From Escherichia phage EI-SP-GF: 64,000 nt of DNA. The stretch is from the sequence record OR992645.1. One strand, written 5' to 3'. A program made the position numbers and the translations under genes. Below are positions 1 through 8,869 of the stretch, one piece after another (positions within the stretch are counted from its first letter, which is position 1; every line of letters begins with the position of its first letter). The notes beneath the pieces are model-generated. The model saw only the letters and a program-made list of their open reading frames with translations. It had not been told where the DNA came from and did no database searches.

Positions 1-96
1 TCTGATGAAGCTTACACTACAAACGATATTGTTGCAAACATGACTGAGGTGTTTGACCTAGACGAAAGTAATATAACTTTCCAACAAACTATTTAA
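1..96 (+). CDS. 3' end of an upstream CDS (partial)
   Basis: Open frame from the window edge to TAA at 94-96; same strand as the downstream structural genes. Confidence 0.3.
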   Translation, partial: SDEAYTTNDIVANMTEVFDLDESNITFQQTI

Positions 97-107
97 GGCG
101 GTGAGAT

Positions 108-794
108 ATGGCAGAGATTAAGTCGGATGTCAACCACATCCACACTCTGCCAGATTTTGTTCAGGGAGGTCTTGATTACCTGCCTGGAGATTTTCTGGCT
201 GAGAAGGTTAATTTAGTCACATTCTTAACCGTGTACCTTAAAAGGTTGGAGGATGTTGATAAAATGCTGGTAGGCTTGGCTGAAGGAAGATTGCTTAACA
301 ATGCCAGCGGGAGATACCTTGACGAAGTTGGTAATCAACTCGGTATTCTTCGGAATGGGCTTTCAGATGCGGATTTTCGTGCTACCCTGGTTATTCAGCA
401 AGCAGCAGCATCAAGGGGTGGGACTCGCGAAGATGTCATCTCCACCTTGCGACAATTGTTCGGAAGAGACAATTTCGATACGTGGAAAGGTGACAATTTC
501 AGGTTTGACATAAACATTAGAAAAACTTGCTTTGACATATTGCAGTCTATCGACCAGATCTTAGATATGCTGCCATTGCCTTGTCATTTGCGTCTTACGG
601 AGTCGCAAGGGCAAGCTTTTGGTTTTGAAGGGGACTCTACAGCTCTCGGCTTCGGATCAGTGTGGGAAGAAAACCAGTTCGGGGTTGGTGGGCTGGCTAC
701 TTTGTTATATGTTCCTGACGTAAGACCTGATTGGGATACCACAACTATTTATTGTGAAAGTATTACAGTAAACGCAACTAGACAGGAGGGTTAA
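108..794 (+). CDS. hypothetical protein, tail/structural module (228 aa)
   Basis: ATG start with purine-rich RBS; stop overlaps the next start (TAATG); no motif recognised. Confidence 0.5.
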   Translation: MAEIKSDVNHIHTLPDFVQGGLDYLPGDFLAEKVNLVTFLTVYLKRLEDVDKMLVGLAEGRLLNNASGRYLDEVGNQLGILRNGLSDADFRATLVIQQAAASRGGTREDVISTLRQLFGRDNFDTWKGDNFRFDINIRKTCFDILQSIDQILDMLPLPCHLRLTESQGQAFGFEGDSTALGFGSVWEENQFGVGGLATLLYVPDVRPDWDTTTIYCESITVNATRQEG

Positions 795-2866
795 TGGCAA
801 CAGCTGTTTTTAAACCTTACCGTGATTACTCTACAATGGCTGCACGGTTTCATTACCGCACAGTTCAGGATACTGCAGTTCCGGGTAGGGATTATGATCA
901 TGTTGAGGGCGATGTAACTATCCCGGTTGGGGCAACCAGTATTGAGATCCCTGTAGAAATTGTTGACAAATTGCCAAACAGGTTGCCAAGAAGCTTCTTT
1001 ATGGAGTTTTCATCAAACTCCCAAGGGGTTATGATTGGAACACAAAGAGCGAAATGTACAATAGTTTCAGATGAGAATCTTGACAGAATATCTTGGGATA
1101 CCGTTGAGGAGAGAATGTTTCACCCAAGATACTGGGTTACAACCACACAGCAGACTGAAAGCACCTGTATTGTTGCGGATAATAACTGCTGTATTAACCG
1201 TTTAGTGTCAAGAACATATGGGGGCATGGCTGGGTGCATTTGGGAAACAGTTGACAAGTATGACCATTTCGGCATTGGATTTGATGATCACTACGAGATG
1301 AGAAACACCAAGCTTTGGTTCAGAATGTCAATAACCAATGCCAGCAACTTCTCCACCCCTGAAAAGATGATTATGACTGTAGACCTTGTTGATGGTACAA
1401 TCATCTATGTTCCTTTAGCTCAATATGCTGTCAGCATCTCAGAGGATAAGAATGTTGCAGAAATTCATATTGATTTCGAGGACTGCGTCGGGATGGACCA
1501 GAACAACAACATGATGGGTGTTGATCCTCGGCAGGTGAGAAGGATTCTAATACCACTTATGCCTAAAGATTGGGTAGGTAATAGCACAGACCCGAGAACG
1601 GAAAATGTAGAGTGTGAGTTGCGTCTAGATCTTCTTCAGCCGGACACAGGCTGGAAAATGATGCAACTTAACAATATTCAGGTGAAAGAACACGATGTTG
1701 GGATCTGCACAGCATATGACGATATGTGGAACGTATCCCCTTTAAGGGTGTTGAGCAATATCAAGCGTCTGGGCTATACAGGAACCATAAACCATTATGT
1801 TGGTATGAGCCATTATTATGACTACACATGGTCAGGAACCCAATGGTCTATAAACAAAACAGGAGCTCTAAACGCTGCAGCTTATAAATGGCATGATGAT
1901 TTTATGTACAATGCCAAACGACATGACTTCGACGTTATGCAGTCTGTAAGCTTTGAGCTTTATAGCGATGCCTGTCCGTTGGAATGGACCCAGAGAGACT
2001 GGAACGATAACTATGCTAAAACAGGCTATACGCCTTGTAGTTACCTCCTGTCTCCAACCATTGAAGAGGGCATGAATTTCCTTACTGCAGTATTTAAGAA
2101 TTTTGCATCAGCCGCTATGAGAAACAACCTGCCAGTGATTATGCAGATTGGTGAACCGTGGTGGTGGTTCAATACCGATACTCGTAAGCCTTGTATTTAT
2201 GACTACCCTACAAAGCAGGCGTTTTATGATGAGACTGGTGAATATGCACTAGACATTGGGACTATTGACGATCCTAAAACTGGCGGTGTTTATGACAAGT
2301 ATGTAGCATTTTGTCGTGGTAAGCTTGGCGCTCGTATTGCAGCCATTTCAAAGGCAATAAAAGCACACGCTGCATCGGCTCAGATGACAGCTTTACTGTT
2401 TTTCCCCACTATTATGGAAACCGAGCTTACGCAAAAACTGAACCTTGCTGACCAATATAAAAAGGAAGCAGGTGCTCTTGATTTCTTCTGCACTGAGTGC
2501 TACGATTGGGTGATGCAGGGAGGTATTGAAAAGGCAAAAGAGTCTGTAAACATACCTATCGTTAAGTTAGGTTGGAAACCGTCTGAAATACAATACCTTG
2601 CAGGGTTCGTTCCTAGCAAAGAGCTTGCTCCGGTATATGGCTACGACCCAACCAGGAATTACCAAGAATTTTTATGGAGATGTATTTGCGGAAACATGGC
2701 AACCATAGAGTATAGATACCCTGAGGTAAAACAGTATGTGTGGGCATACCCGCAAGTAATGTCTGACAGCATCACTGTTACCGCCAGAGATTCTACTGTT
2801 CTGCATATGGGGCAGGTTGCTCTGAAAGGGTATGTAGAAGATGTTGTTCCGCCAGACTTCTCATAA
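794..2866 (+). CDS. hypothetical structural protein (690 aa)
   Basis: Long ORF translationally coupled to neighbours inside the fibre module; no motif recognised. Confidence 0.5.
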   Translation: MATAVFKPYRDYSTMAARFHYRTVQDTAVPGRDYDHVEGDVTIPVGATSIEIPVEIVDKLPNRLPRSFFMEFSSNSQGVMIGTQRAKCTIVSDENLDRISWDTVEERMFHPRYWVTTTQQTESTCIVADNNCCINRLVSRTYGGMAGCIWETVDKYDHFGIGFDDHYEMRNTKLWFRMSITNASNFSTPEKMIMTVDLVDGTIIYVPLAQYAVSISEDKNVAEIHIDFEDCVGMDQNNNMMGVDPRQVRRILIPLMPKDWVGNSTDPRTENVECELRLDLLQPDTGWKMMQLNNIQVKEHDVGICTAYDDMWNVSPLRVLSNIKRLGYTGTINHYVGMSHYYDYTWSGTQWSINKTGALNAAAYKWHDDFMYNAKRHDFDVMQSVSFELYSDACPLEWTQRDWNDNYAKTGYTPCSYLLSPTIEEGMNFLTAVFKNFASAAMRNNLPVIMQIGEPWWWFNTDTRKPCIYDYPTKQAFYDETGEYALDIGTIDDPKTGGVYDKYVAFCRGKLGARIAAISKAIKAHAASAQMTALLFFPTIMETELTQKLNLADQYKKEAGALDFFCTECYDWVMQGGIEKAKESVNIPIVKLGWKPSEIQYLAGFVPSKELAPVYGYDPTRNYQEFLWRCICGNMATIEYRYPEVKQYVWAYPQVMSDSITVTARDSTVLHMGQVALKGYVEDVVPPDFS

Positions 2867-2878
2867 TCAGGAGATAAA

Positions 2879-3919
2879 ATGTCAAAACCTAGTTTTCCAT
2901 TAGAGATTTGGGCAGAGGAGGATCAGGTTCTGCCTAACACCCACAGACAGAACAGGCTACGCCCGATTGATGATTTGTGGAGAAAAGGTTGGGATCTTGG
3001 TCAAAAGCCGTCATGTGAAGAACTTAACTATATTTTCAATATGCTCGGGACTTGGGCAAAATATATTGCTGACGAGCAGATCCCCGCCCAAGAGGGCCGT
3101 TATCTGGTACGTGATAATAACCTGAGCGATCTTCTGAACATTCCTGTCGCCCGTAGAAACCTTGGGATTATTACTAAGGAAGAGGCAGACGCCAGGTATG
3201 TAAAAGTTACAGGAGATACAATGACAGGCCCCTTAGGTTTGCAGCGTATCAACTTTAAAGCTGCCGAGACAGATAAGGCTTGGATAGAGACAACTATTGG
3301 TCCAGATAAGACAACTCTCGACTTTGGGTTAAGTGATAACACTGGGGCGTTTGATGATGGTGGCACATCTACAGTAGATGCGTTTCGTTGGAGATTCCAG
3401 CCAACTCAGCCAGACATTAATCCAGAGTTCACTTTGATGTACCTGAACGCGATCACGGCTAACCGTGCGCTGTTGAAAGTGGTAGGTAATGTTGAAGTTG
3501 TCGATAACATGCGGTGTAACAACCTTACCATCAGCAGCACAGCAACATTCACCAACTGTAATGTGGCTAGTCAGTTGACAGCTGGGTCCGTATATGTTAA
3601 TGGCGGCGCAAGTTGTGACAGTATGGTTGTAAGAAGCCAGCATTGTGTTGTCGGTAACAGAAATGTGGTGCGCTCTGTGAATGGAGTGACGGCTAACGGT
3701 AACGGCGATGTAACGATCACCATCCCGCAGACAGGGGTACAGGATATCAGAATCGGTGCAAGACTTGTTGATGGTGTTTCTGAATCTCCAGTTCGCAACG
3801 GCTACGTTGTCACAGGTTGGCATTTTGGTGATAAAAAAGAGATGCGTGGTTCAACCTACTGGGCAGGACCTTTACAAAAACTTGTAAATGGTCAATGGAT
3901 CACTGTTAATTATGCGTAG
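2879..3919 (+). CDS. tail fibre protein, paralog A (346 aa)
   Basis: RBS GGAGATAAA before ATG; motifs YV.KTGDTMTGPL, LGLQRI, FRWRFQP, LNAITANRA; C-terminus KLVNGQWITVNYA shared with the 4932-5978 product. Confidence 0.6.
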   Translation: MSKPSFPLEIWAEEDQVLPNTHRQNRLRPIDDLWRKGWDLGQKPSCEELNYIFNMLGTWAKYIADEQIPAQEGRYLVRDNNLSDLLNIPVARRNLGIITKEEADARYVKVTGDTMTGPLGLQRINFKAAETDKAWIETTIGPDKTTLDFGLSDNTGAFDDGGTSTVDAFRWRFQPTQPDINPEFTLMYLNAITANRALLKVVGNVEVVDNMRCNNLTISSTATFTNCNVASQLTAGSVYVNGGASCDSMVVRSQHCVVGNRNVVRSVNGVTANGNGDVTITIPQTGVQDIRIGARLVDGVSESPVRNGYVVTGWHFGDKKEMRGSTYWAGPLQKLVNGQWITVNYA

Positions 3920-3933
3920 ATCGGAGGACTAGC

Positions 3934-4518
3934 ATGAAAATACTTCAAGAGTTTAAACTTTACCAACCGGGATCTGGCGAATACTACACCAACAAGGAGA
4001 CCAAGGAGCTGACTCCTCAGGAGGTTGAGGATTACACAGCATACACTGGATATTTTTTACGTAATGATGATGGCGATTGGTATGTGCAATCACGAACACT
4101 GCGACAAGAAAATCCCGGCTGTATCTTCTTACTTGTTGACGAGAAGGGTATTCTTAAGACATCTACAGAAGAACCTGATGCCTTGTGGCCTGCTCCAGGT
4201 CTTCGTGTGGTTATCGCCAAAAAAGAAGAGGTACCAGAAAACATTATGCTCCACCACGACGCTTTGCGTTTAGTTGGTGATGAATTTGTCACAGACAATG
4301 AATTCTTTGTTCAACAGGCAGAGGGTGTCATAGAGACAGAACTTGCTTGGGCTACTGCTAGAATTGGTGCCTATCAAGACATGATTGACCTTGAATACGA
4401 TCTTACTGATGACCAAAAACGCAACATCAGAGATTTGAAAATGTACAGGGTAAAACTTCTTGAAATAGATACATCTAAAGCCCCTGACATTTTCTTCCCG
4501 GAACGACCTACCCTCTAA
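3934..4518 (+). CDS. hypothetical protein downstream of fibre A (possible fibre accessory/assembly protein)
   Basis: 194-aa ORF with RBS GGAGGA; function inferred from position only. Confidence 0.4.
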   Translation: MKILQEFKLYQPGSGEYYTNKETKELTPQEVEDYTAYTGYFLRNDDGDWYVQSRTLRQENPGCIFLLVDEKGILKTSTEEPDALWPAPGLRVVIAKKEEVPENIMLHHDALRLVGDEFVTDNEFFVQQAEGVIETELAWATARIGAYQDMIDLEYDLTDDQKRNIRDLKMYRVKLLEIDTSKAPDIFFPERPTL

Positions 4519-4529
4519 GAGGAGGTGTT

Positions 4530-4844
4530 GTGGAGTTGGATTTGGCGGCATTGTACGGTATCTGCATGGGTACCGTTGTCCCGATCTGTGTATGGGCTTT
4601 CAACCAGTGGCACACCAAATGGAAAGGTATTTCCAAGAGGTTGGATGAGCTGGAGAAAGACCTCATTTTAGTGAAAAATAGCATGGTTACAAAAGATAGA
4701 CTTGATTCCATTATCGAGACCCGGTTAAGTAAGCTAGAGGCCGATATTAACGACCTTAAGCAAGATGTCAGGACAGATGTCTCCGGTATCCGAGCTGATG
4801 TACAAAAGATTTTGCACATGCTTGTAGAGCATAGTAAAAGGTAA
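4530..4844 (+). CDS. small membrane-anchored coiled-coil protein
   Basis: GTG start after RBS AAGAGGAGG; hydrophobic N-terminal segment followed by a charged heptad-like region. Confidence 0.4.
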   Translation: MELDLAALYGICMGTVVPICVWAFNQWHTKWKGISKRLDELEKDLILVKNSMVTKDRLDSIIETRLSKLEADINDLKQDVRTDVSGIRADVQKILHMLVEHSKR

Positions 4845-4931
4845 ACAAAGGTAAGAACGGTAAGGATGCCGTTCTTGCATTTTGTTCTCTAAAGTGTTAA
4901 AATAGTCCTTAAGGAATTTTCTCAGGAGAAT

Positions 4932-5978
4932 GTGATGACTAAACCAGTTATCCCTCTCGATATTTGGGCCAATCAGGATGTTGTGCTTGAAAATACAGGA
5001 GAGTTGAACAAGTCTCAACCGAACAAAGAAGAGAGATTGAAAGGTTGGGATATGACACAAAGGATAGCATGTGAAGTTGTTAACTTTGAACTCCACATGC
5101 TCTCTGCGTGGCTAAAGCATTTAACAGAAGATGTTGTCCCTGGATGGGATAATAGATTCTTAAGGGTCACTAATAATCTGGCAGACGTTCCAGACAAAGC
5201 TGCTGCACGTAAAGTCCTCAATGTATACTCGCCTGAAGAAATGGATGACCTGTATGTTGACAAGACTGGGGACACAATGACCCAGACTCAAACTTTGGGT
5301 CTTCAAAGAATCGAGTTTGCATCCGCGTCAACAGACAATGCAGCGATATACACCACCATAACTCCAGACAAAACGATGATGGATTTCTGGATTATGGACA
5401 ACATCGGCGGCGCTGACGGCACAGACCTTGATGATCCTTCTCACCAAATAGACGGTTTCCGTTGGAGATTTCAACCTTCTGGTGGGCAGCCTGTGTTTTC
5501 GGCTATGAAGCTTAATGCTATAACTGCCAACCGTGCAAGACTGGCTATCCAAGGGAATCTTGAATGCAATGATGCAAAAAGCTCCTCTGCAAATGCTAAT
5601 GCGGTAACGATACCAAGAGCCACTGTTAATGGACAACAATCCTGCGGCAGCGCTCAAATAGGTGGAAGAGTGGATTGTAACGATAACACCGCCAGGGGTC
5701 AATATGCAACAGTTGGTGGGAGAAACGTGGTCCGCAGGGTAAATGGTAGTAGCGCAGATAGCAGTGGTAACCTTACTATTCCTATGCCTAGTAGGGGTGT
5801 TGAAGATGTAAGGATAGCAAACCGTTTCAGAACCACCTACAGAGAATCAAGAGTATACCCTGGGCATGTAATGTGCTCCGGCAATTACGCCTATAAACAC
5901 CCGTATCAAGGCGACTATTGGACTGGTGCCATTCAAAAATTTGTAAACGGTCAATGGATCACTATATCTTATGCTTAA
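4932..5978 (+). CDS. tail fibre protein, paralog B (348 aa)
   Basis: Colinear similarity to the 2879-3919 product (DKTGDTMT, LGLQRI, FRWRFQP, LNAITANRA, C-terminal KFVNGQWITISYA); start may be the ATG at 4935. Confidence 0.6.
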   Translation: MMTKPVIPLDIWANQDVVLENTGELNKSQPNKEERLKGWDMTQRIACEVVNFELHMLSAWLKHLTEDVVPGWDNRFLRVTNNLADVPDKAAARKVLNVYSPEEMDDLYVDKTGDTMTQTQTLGLQRIEFASASTDNAAIYTTITPDKTMMDFWIMDNIGGADGTDLDDPSHQIDGFRWRFQPSGGQPVFSAMKLNAITANRARLAIQGNLECNDAKSSSANANAVTIPRATVNGQQSCGSAQIGGRVDCNDNTARGQYATVGGRNVVRRVNGSSADSSGNLTIPMPSRGVEDVRIANRFRTTYRESRVYPGHVMCSGNYAYKHPYQGDYWTGAIQKFVNGQWITISYA

Positions 5979-5987
5979 AGAGGGTAA

Positions 5988-6254
5988 ATGAAATTAACTC
6001 AGTTTTTATGGGGGTTGGTTGCGGCATCGGATGACCCTACGAAAGTGTCCCAATCTAAGCTATGGTCAAACATAGGCATGGCAGTGATGACTGGGGTGTT
6101 TATTCATATGGGGTACAATGATACGCTTCCTGAATGGTATGCGTGGATATACGCACCTTCAGTAGCCTGCCCCCAGCTTATTAGCAAATTCATCTCGCTC
6201 CGGTGGGGTTGCCAGCACCCTGACCACGTTAAAAACGAAGAGCAAAAAGCTTAA
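5988..6254 (+). CDS. small hypothetical protein downstream of fibre B
   Basis: 88-aa ORF with RBS AGAGGG; hydrophobic stretch. Confidence 0.4.
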   Translation: MKLTQFLWGLVAASDDPTKVSQSKLWSNIGMAVMTGVFIHMGYNDTLPEWYAWIYAPSVACPQLISKFISLRWGCQHPDHVKNEEQKA

Positions 6255-6263
6255 GGAGAAATC

Positions 6264-8009
6264 ATGGCGCAAGACATGACAAGCTTCGAGCAGGCGGTAG
6301 ATCAAGTAATTGTTGATTCTGAACGTTTGCACTTGGTTGTCAACGGTAACGCTGTGGATGAAGTTGTCGTAGAGGATGGGACCACTATCCCTACGGTACG
6401 AAAAGCCATGCTTGACAACCTTTATTTTAAAACGCCACCGATCCCTTGGGCGTATGGTGCATCCACAACAGTTTTTAACCAGCTGTATGAGTTTAAAGGA
6501 GATACAGGCCCTCAGTGGTGGTACGCTCCAGCAGCGTCAAAATCTAACCCGGTTAGGATGCCAGCAGATCCTTCACAATCTCCGAACTGGAGATTATACA
6601 CCGACTCTGCAGTAATGGCAAAATACTACGCAAAACTTAACAGCCCAAGGTTCGAAGGTGACCCGAGAGTACCTACACCTCCAATGGATGATAAGTCCGA
6701 GTCTATAGCAAACACAGAGTTTGTTGTTGACTATGTGGATAGCATATTTAAAGCCATGGAGGGGATGAAAGTTACTGTAGGATCTTTGGTGGTAAAAGGT
6801 CTTACAGAACTTGCTAACACTATAGTTGGGGGTACCCTTACCTTACACGGACCTGTTAATGGAGCAGATTCTACTGCACGCTTCAGGAACCTAATCCTTA
6901 CGGCAAATACTTCTACACTGACTTTTGCGTGGAGCGATCCTAAGCATGCAGACTGGAGAAGCACAGAGCTGCAACCTCATGAAGTATCAACTCACAGAGT
7001 TATAGCTGACACTATAACTTCTGGGAAACCAGTGGCTAATAACAACGATGTGCATTTTGATGGTCTAGGTAATAACTTTTTTGACTACGTGTACATTCGC
7101 GGTAATGCCATGAAGGCAGCCACCGAACCGACATTGCAGGTTGATGGGACCACCAGGGTTAAGAACCTTGAGGTGACAGGCACCGTTACAGGGATAACCT
7201 ACTCTGTAGATGGCACCATGATCTACCCTAGCTATATTGAAAGCACGGGAGATGCACTGATCAATGGAGATTTAGAGGTTGGCGGATCTATAGTCATTCG
7301 TGGCACAGCATCTGTCCAGAACATATCTTTAAATACTCTGAGGGTGAATGAGCGTGCCACTTTTGAAGGAGAAGGGCTTACAGCCAACAAAGGTGTAATT
7401 ACCGAGCTGACAACCACCACTTTAACTGCAACAACTGCAAACTCTGAAAACTGCAACGTTACCAGAAACTTGCAGGTAAATGGAGATGTTAGTTTAAACG
7501 CAGCAGGGACTGGCACCACCTACCTTCACAACCTTGAAATATCAGGTACAGTGACTGGGTGGCTGCCAGACTTCTCTAATGTCAACTTTGTCTGTAATGG
7601 CATTAACTCCAGTGGCAAGATAACCACCTCTCAAGAAATTGAAGCTGGTAAAACTATTACTGCCCCTGCTTTCCATGCAGGGAAGGTGGAGTTTGACTTA
7701 GAGGAGGCTGACGCATCTAGTGGGACATGGACACCTAACGGGCAGGCCAATATGTATGTTGTCCACGCGAAAGGGGACTTTACAATAGGGCAATGGCCTG
7801 GAACATCGGCTGAAGATAAACCTTACCCGTTCACTGCAATCATCTATGTCATTCAGGATGCTGTAGGCCACAACGTGACTTTACACGATAAATATGCCAT
7901 ACTGTCGGCTACTCCTGTTATTAACAACAAAGCCAACAGTGTCACCTTGCTACAATTGACATATTGTGGTGTTGGTGATATTGTGGATGTGGTTATTGCA
8001 CAACGTTAA
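6264..8009 (+). CDS. tail fibre / tail spike-like protein (581 aa)
   Basis: RBS AAGGAGA; repetitive G/T/V/N-rich beta-type segments (NLEVTGTVTG, TLTATTANSEN) typical of fibre shafts; terminator-like hairpin downstream. Confidence 0.5.
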   Translation: MAQDMTSFEQAVDQVIVDSERLHLVVNGNAVDEVVVEDGTTIPTVRKAMLDNLYFKTPPIPWAYGASTTVFNQLYEFKGDTGPQWWYAPAASKSNPVRMPADPSQSPNWRLYTDSAVMAKYYAKLNSPRFEGDPRVPTPPMDDKSESIANTEFVVDYVDSIFKAMEGMKVTVGSLVVKGLTELANTIVGGTLTLHGPVNGADSTARFRNLILTANTSTLTFAWSDPKHADWRSTELQPHEVSTHRVIADTITSGKPVANNNDVHFDGLGNNFFDYVYIRGNAMKAATEPTLQVDGTTRVKNLEVTGTVTGITYSVDGTMIYPSYIESTGDALINGDLEVGGSIVIRGTASVQNISLNTLRVNERATFEGEGLTANKGVITELTTTTLTATTANSENCNVTRNLQVNGDVSLNAAGTGTTYLHNLEISGTVTGWLPDFSNVNFVCNGINSSGKITTSQEIEAGKTITAPAFHAGKVEFDLEEADASSGTWTPNGQANMYVVHAKGDFTIGQWPGTSAEDKPYPFTAIIYVIQDAVGHNVTLHDKYAILSATPVINNKANSVTLLQLTYCGVGDIVDVVIAQR

Positions 8010-8057
8010 TATATCTGACCGCTCCTGACGGGGCGGTTTTCTTATCTGGAGAACACA

Positions 8058-8834
8058 ATGCTTCCAATCCCTTTGCTAAAACTTGGTCGTCATTTCCTCG
8101 ATAAGAGGGGTGGAGTTAAGGAACTTGCTGTTCTGTCATACCCAATAGACAACAGTGACGGTACAAGCACTACAGTAGCCTATGTAAATAGCTTAGCTAT
8201 ACTTTTTGACGATGGTCAGCTTAATATTACTGGCTATAACAAGTTCGGGGAGTGTCGCACTGGGGATCGTAACCCTATAAACTACCCGAGCGAGACGGCC
8301 TGGAATGTTGATCATGTGTGGAGAGCAGACCGTGCGTTTGTGATCCGGACTTTTGATAACCAGTTTTTCTACATCGGCTGCACTGCAGGTCTTATCGGAT
8401 CCACTGCGGCAGGTGGTAACGATGTTTGCGTAAACGAGTGGACACCTCTTCCGGAACAGATTGTTAAAGGATTGCACCTTGACACCCACCCAGAGCGCCT
8501 TATTGAGGTAATGGGAGGTATTAACAACACTGTCTGGGTTATTGCAGAGGCAGAAGGTACTGGCATACTGAACCTGTATGGGTCTGGTAACAACACCTAC
8601 GGATCTTTACATGTAGATAAAAACCAGCATGCAACTCCTGTAAAGATTGGTGAAACATCAGAAAATCCTGAAACAGGCCCTTGGAAAAACCCAAGTATCA
8701 ACTGCGAGGTGCATGACAACTCTGTTATTTTCGGTGGGCCTAGAGGTTTTTGGATTGCTGGATACGACTTTCTGAGAAACAACAGTAGAAACGACCTTGT
8801 TTGGCCCCTGCTCAGATTACTCGCAACGATTTGA
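8058..8834 (+). CDS. hypothetical tail-associated protein (258 aa)
   Basis: ATG with RBS TGGAGAA; 3' end overlaps the 5' region of the next long ORF in another frame. Confidence 0.4.
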   Translation: MLPIPLLKLGRHFLDKRGGVKELAVLSYPIDNSDGTSTTVAYVNSLAILFDDGQLNITGYNKFGECRTGDRNPINYPSETAWNVDHVWRADRAFVIRTFDNQFFYIGCTAGLIGSTAAGGNDVCVNEWTPLPEQIVKGLHLDTHPERLIEVMGGINNTVWVIAEAEGTGILNLYGSGNNTYGSLHVDKNQHATPVKIGETSENPETGPWKNPSINCEVHDNSVIFGGPRGFWIAGYDFLRNNSRNDLVWPLLRLLATI

Positions 8835-8869
8835 AAGGCATTCCTGCAGATGAGGAGTGGAAAGGATTC

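Noticed and set aside
3100-3823. Antisense ORFs inside tail-fibre gene A (3100-3366, 3329-3823, 3571-3798, minus strand)
   Set aside because: Fully contained within a well-supported + strand gene, no RBS, low-complexity products; typical shadow ORFs.
2879-5978. Diversity-generating retroelement targeting the duplicated fibre genes
   Set aside because: No reverse transcriptase gene and no template/variable repeat pair with adenine-specific differences; the paralogues differ throughout, not in a confined variable region.
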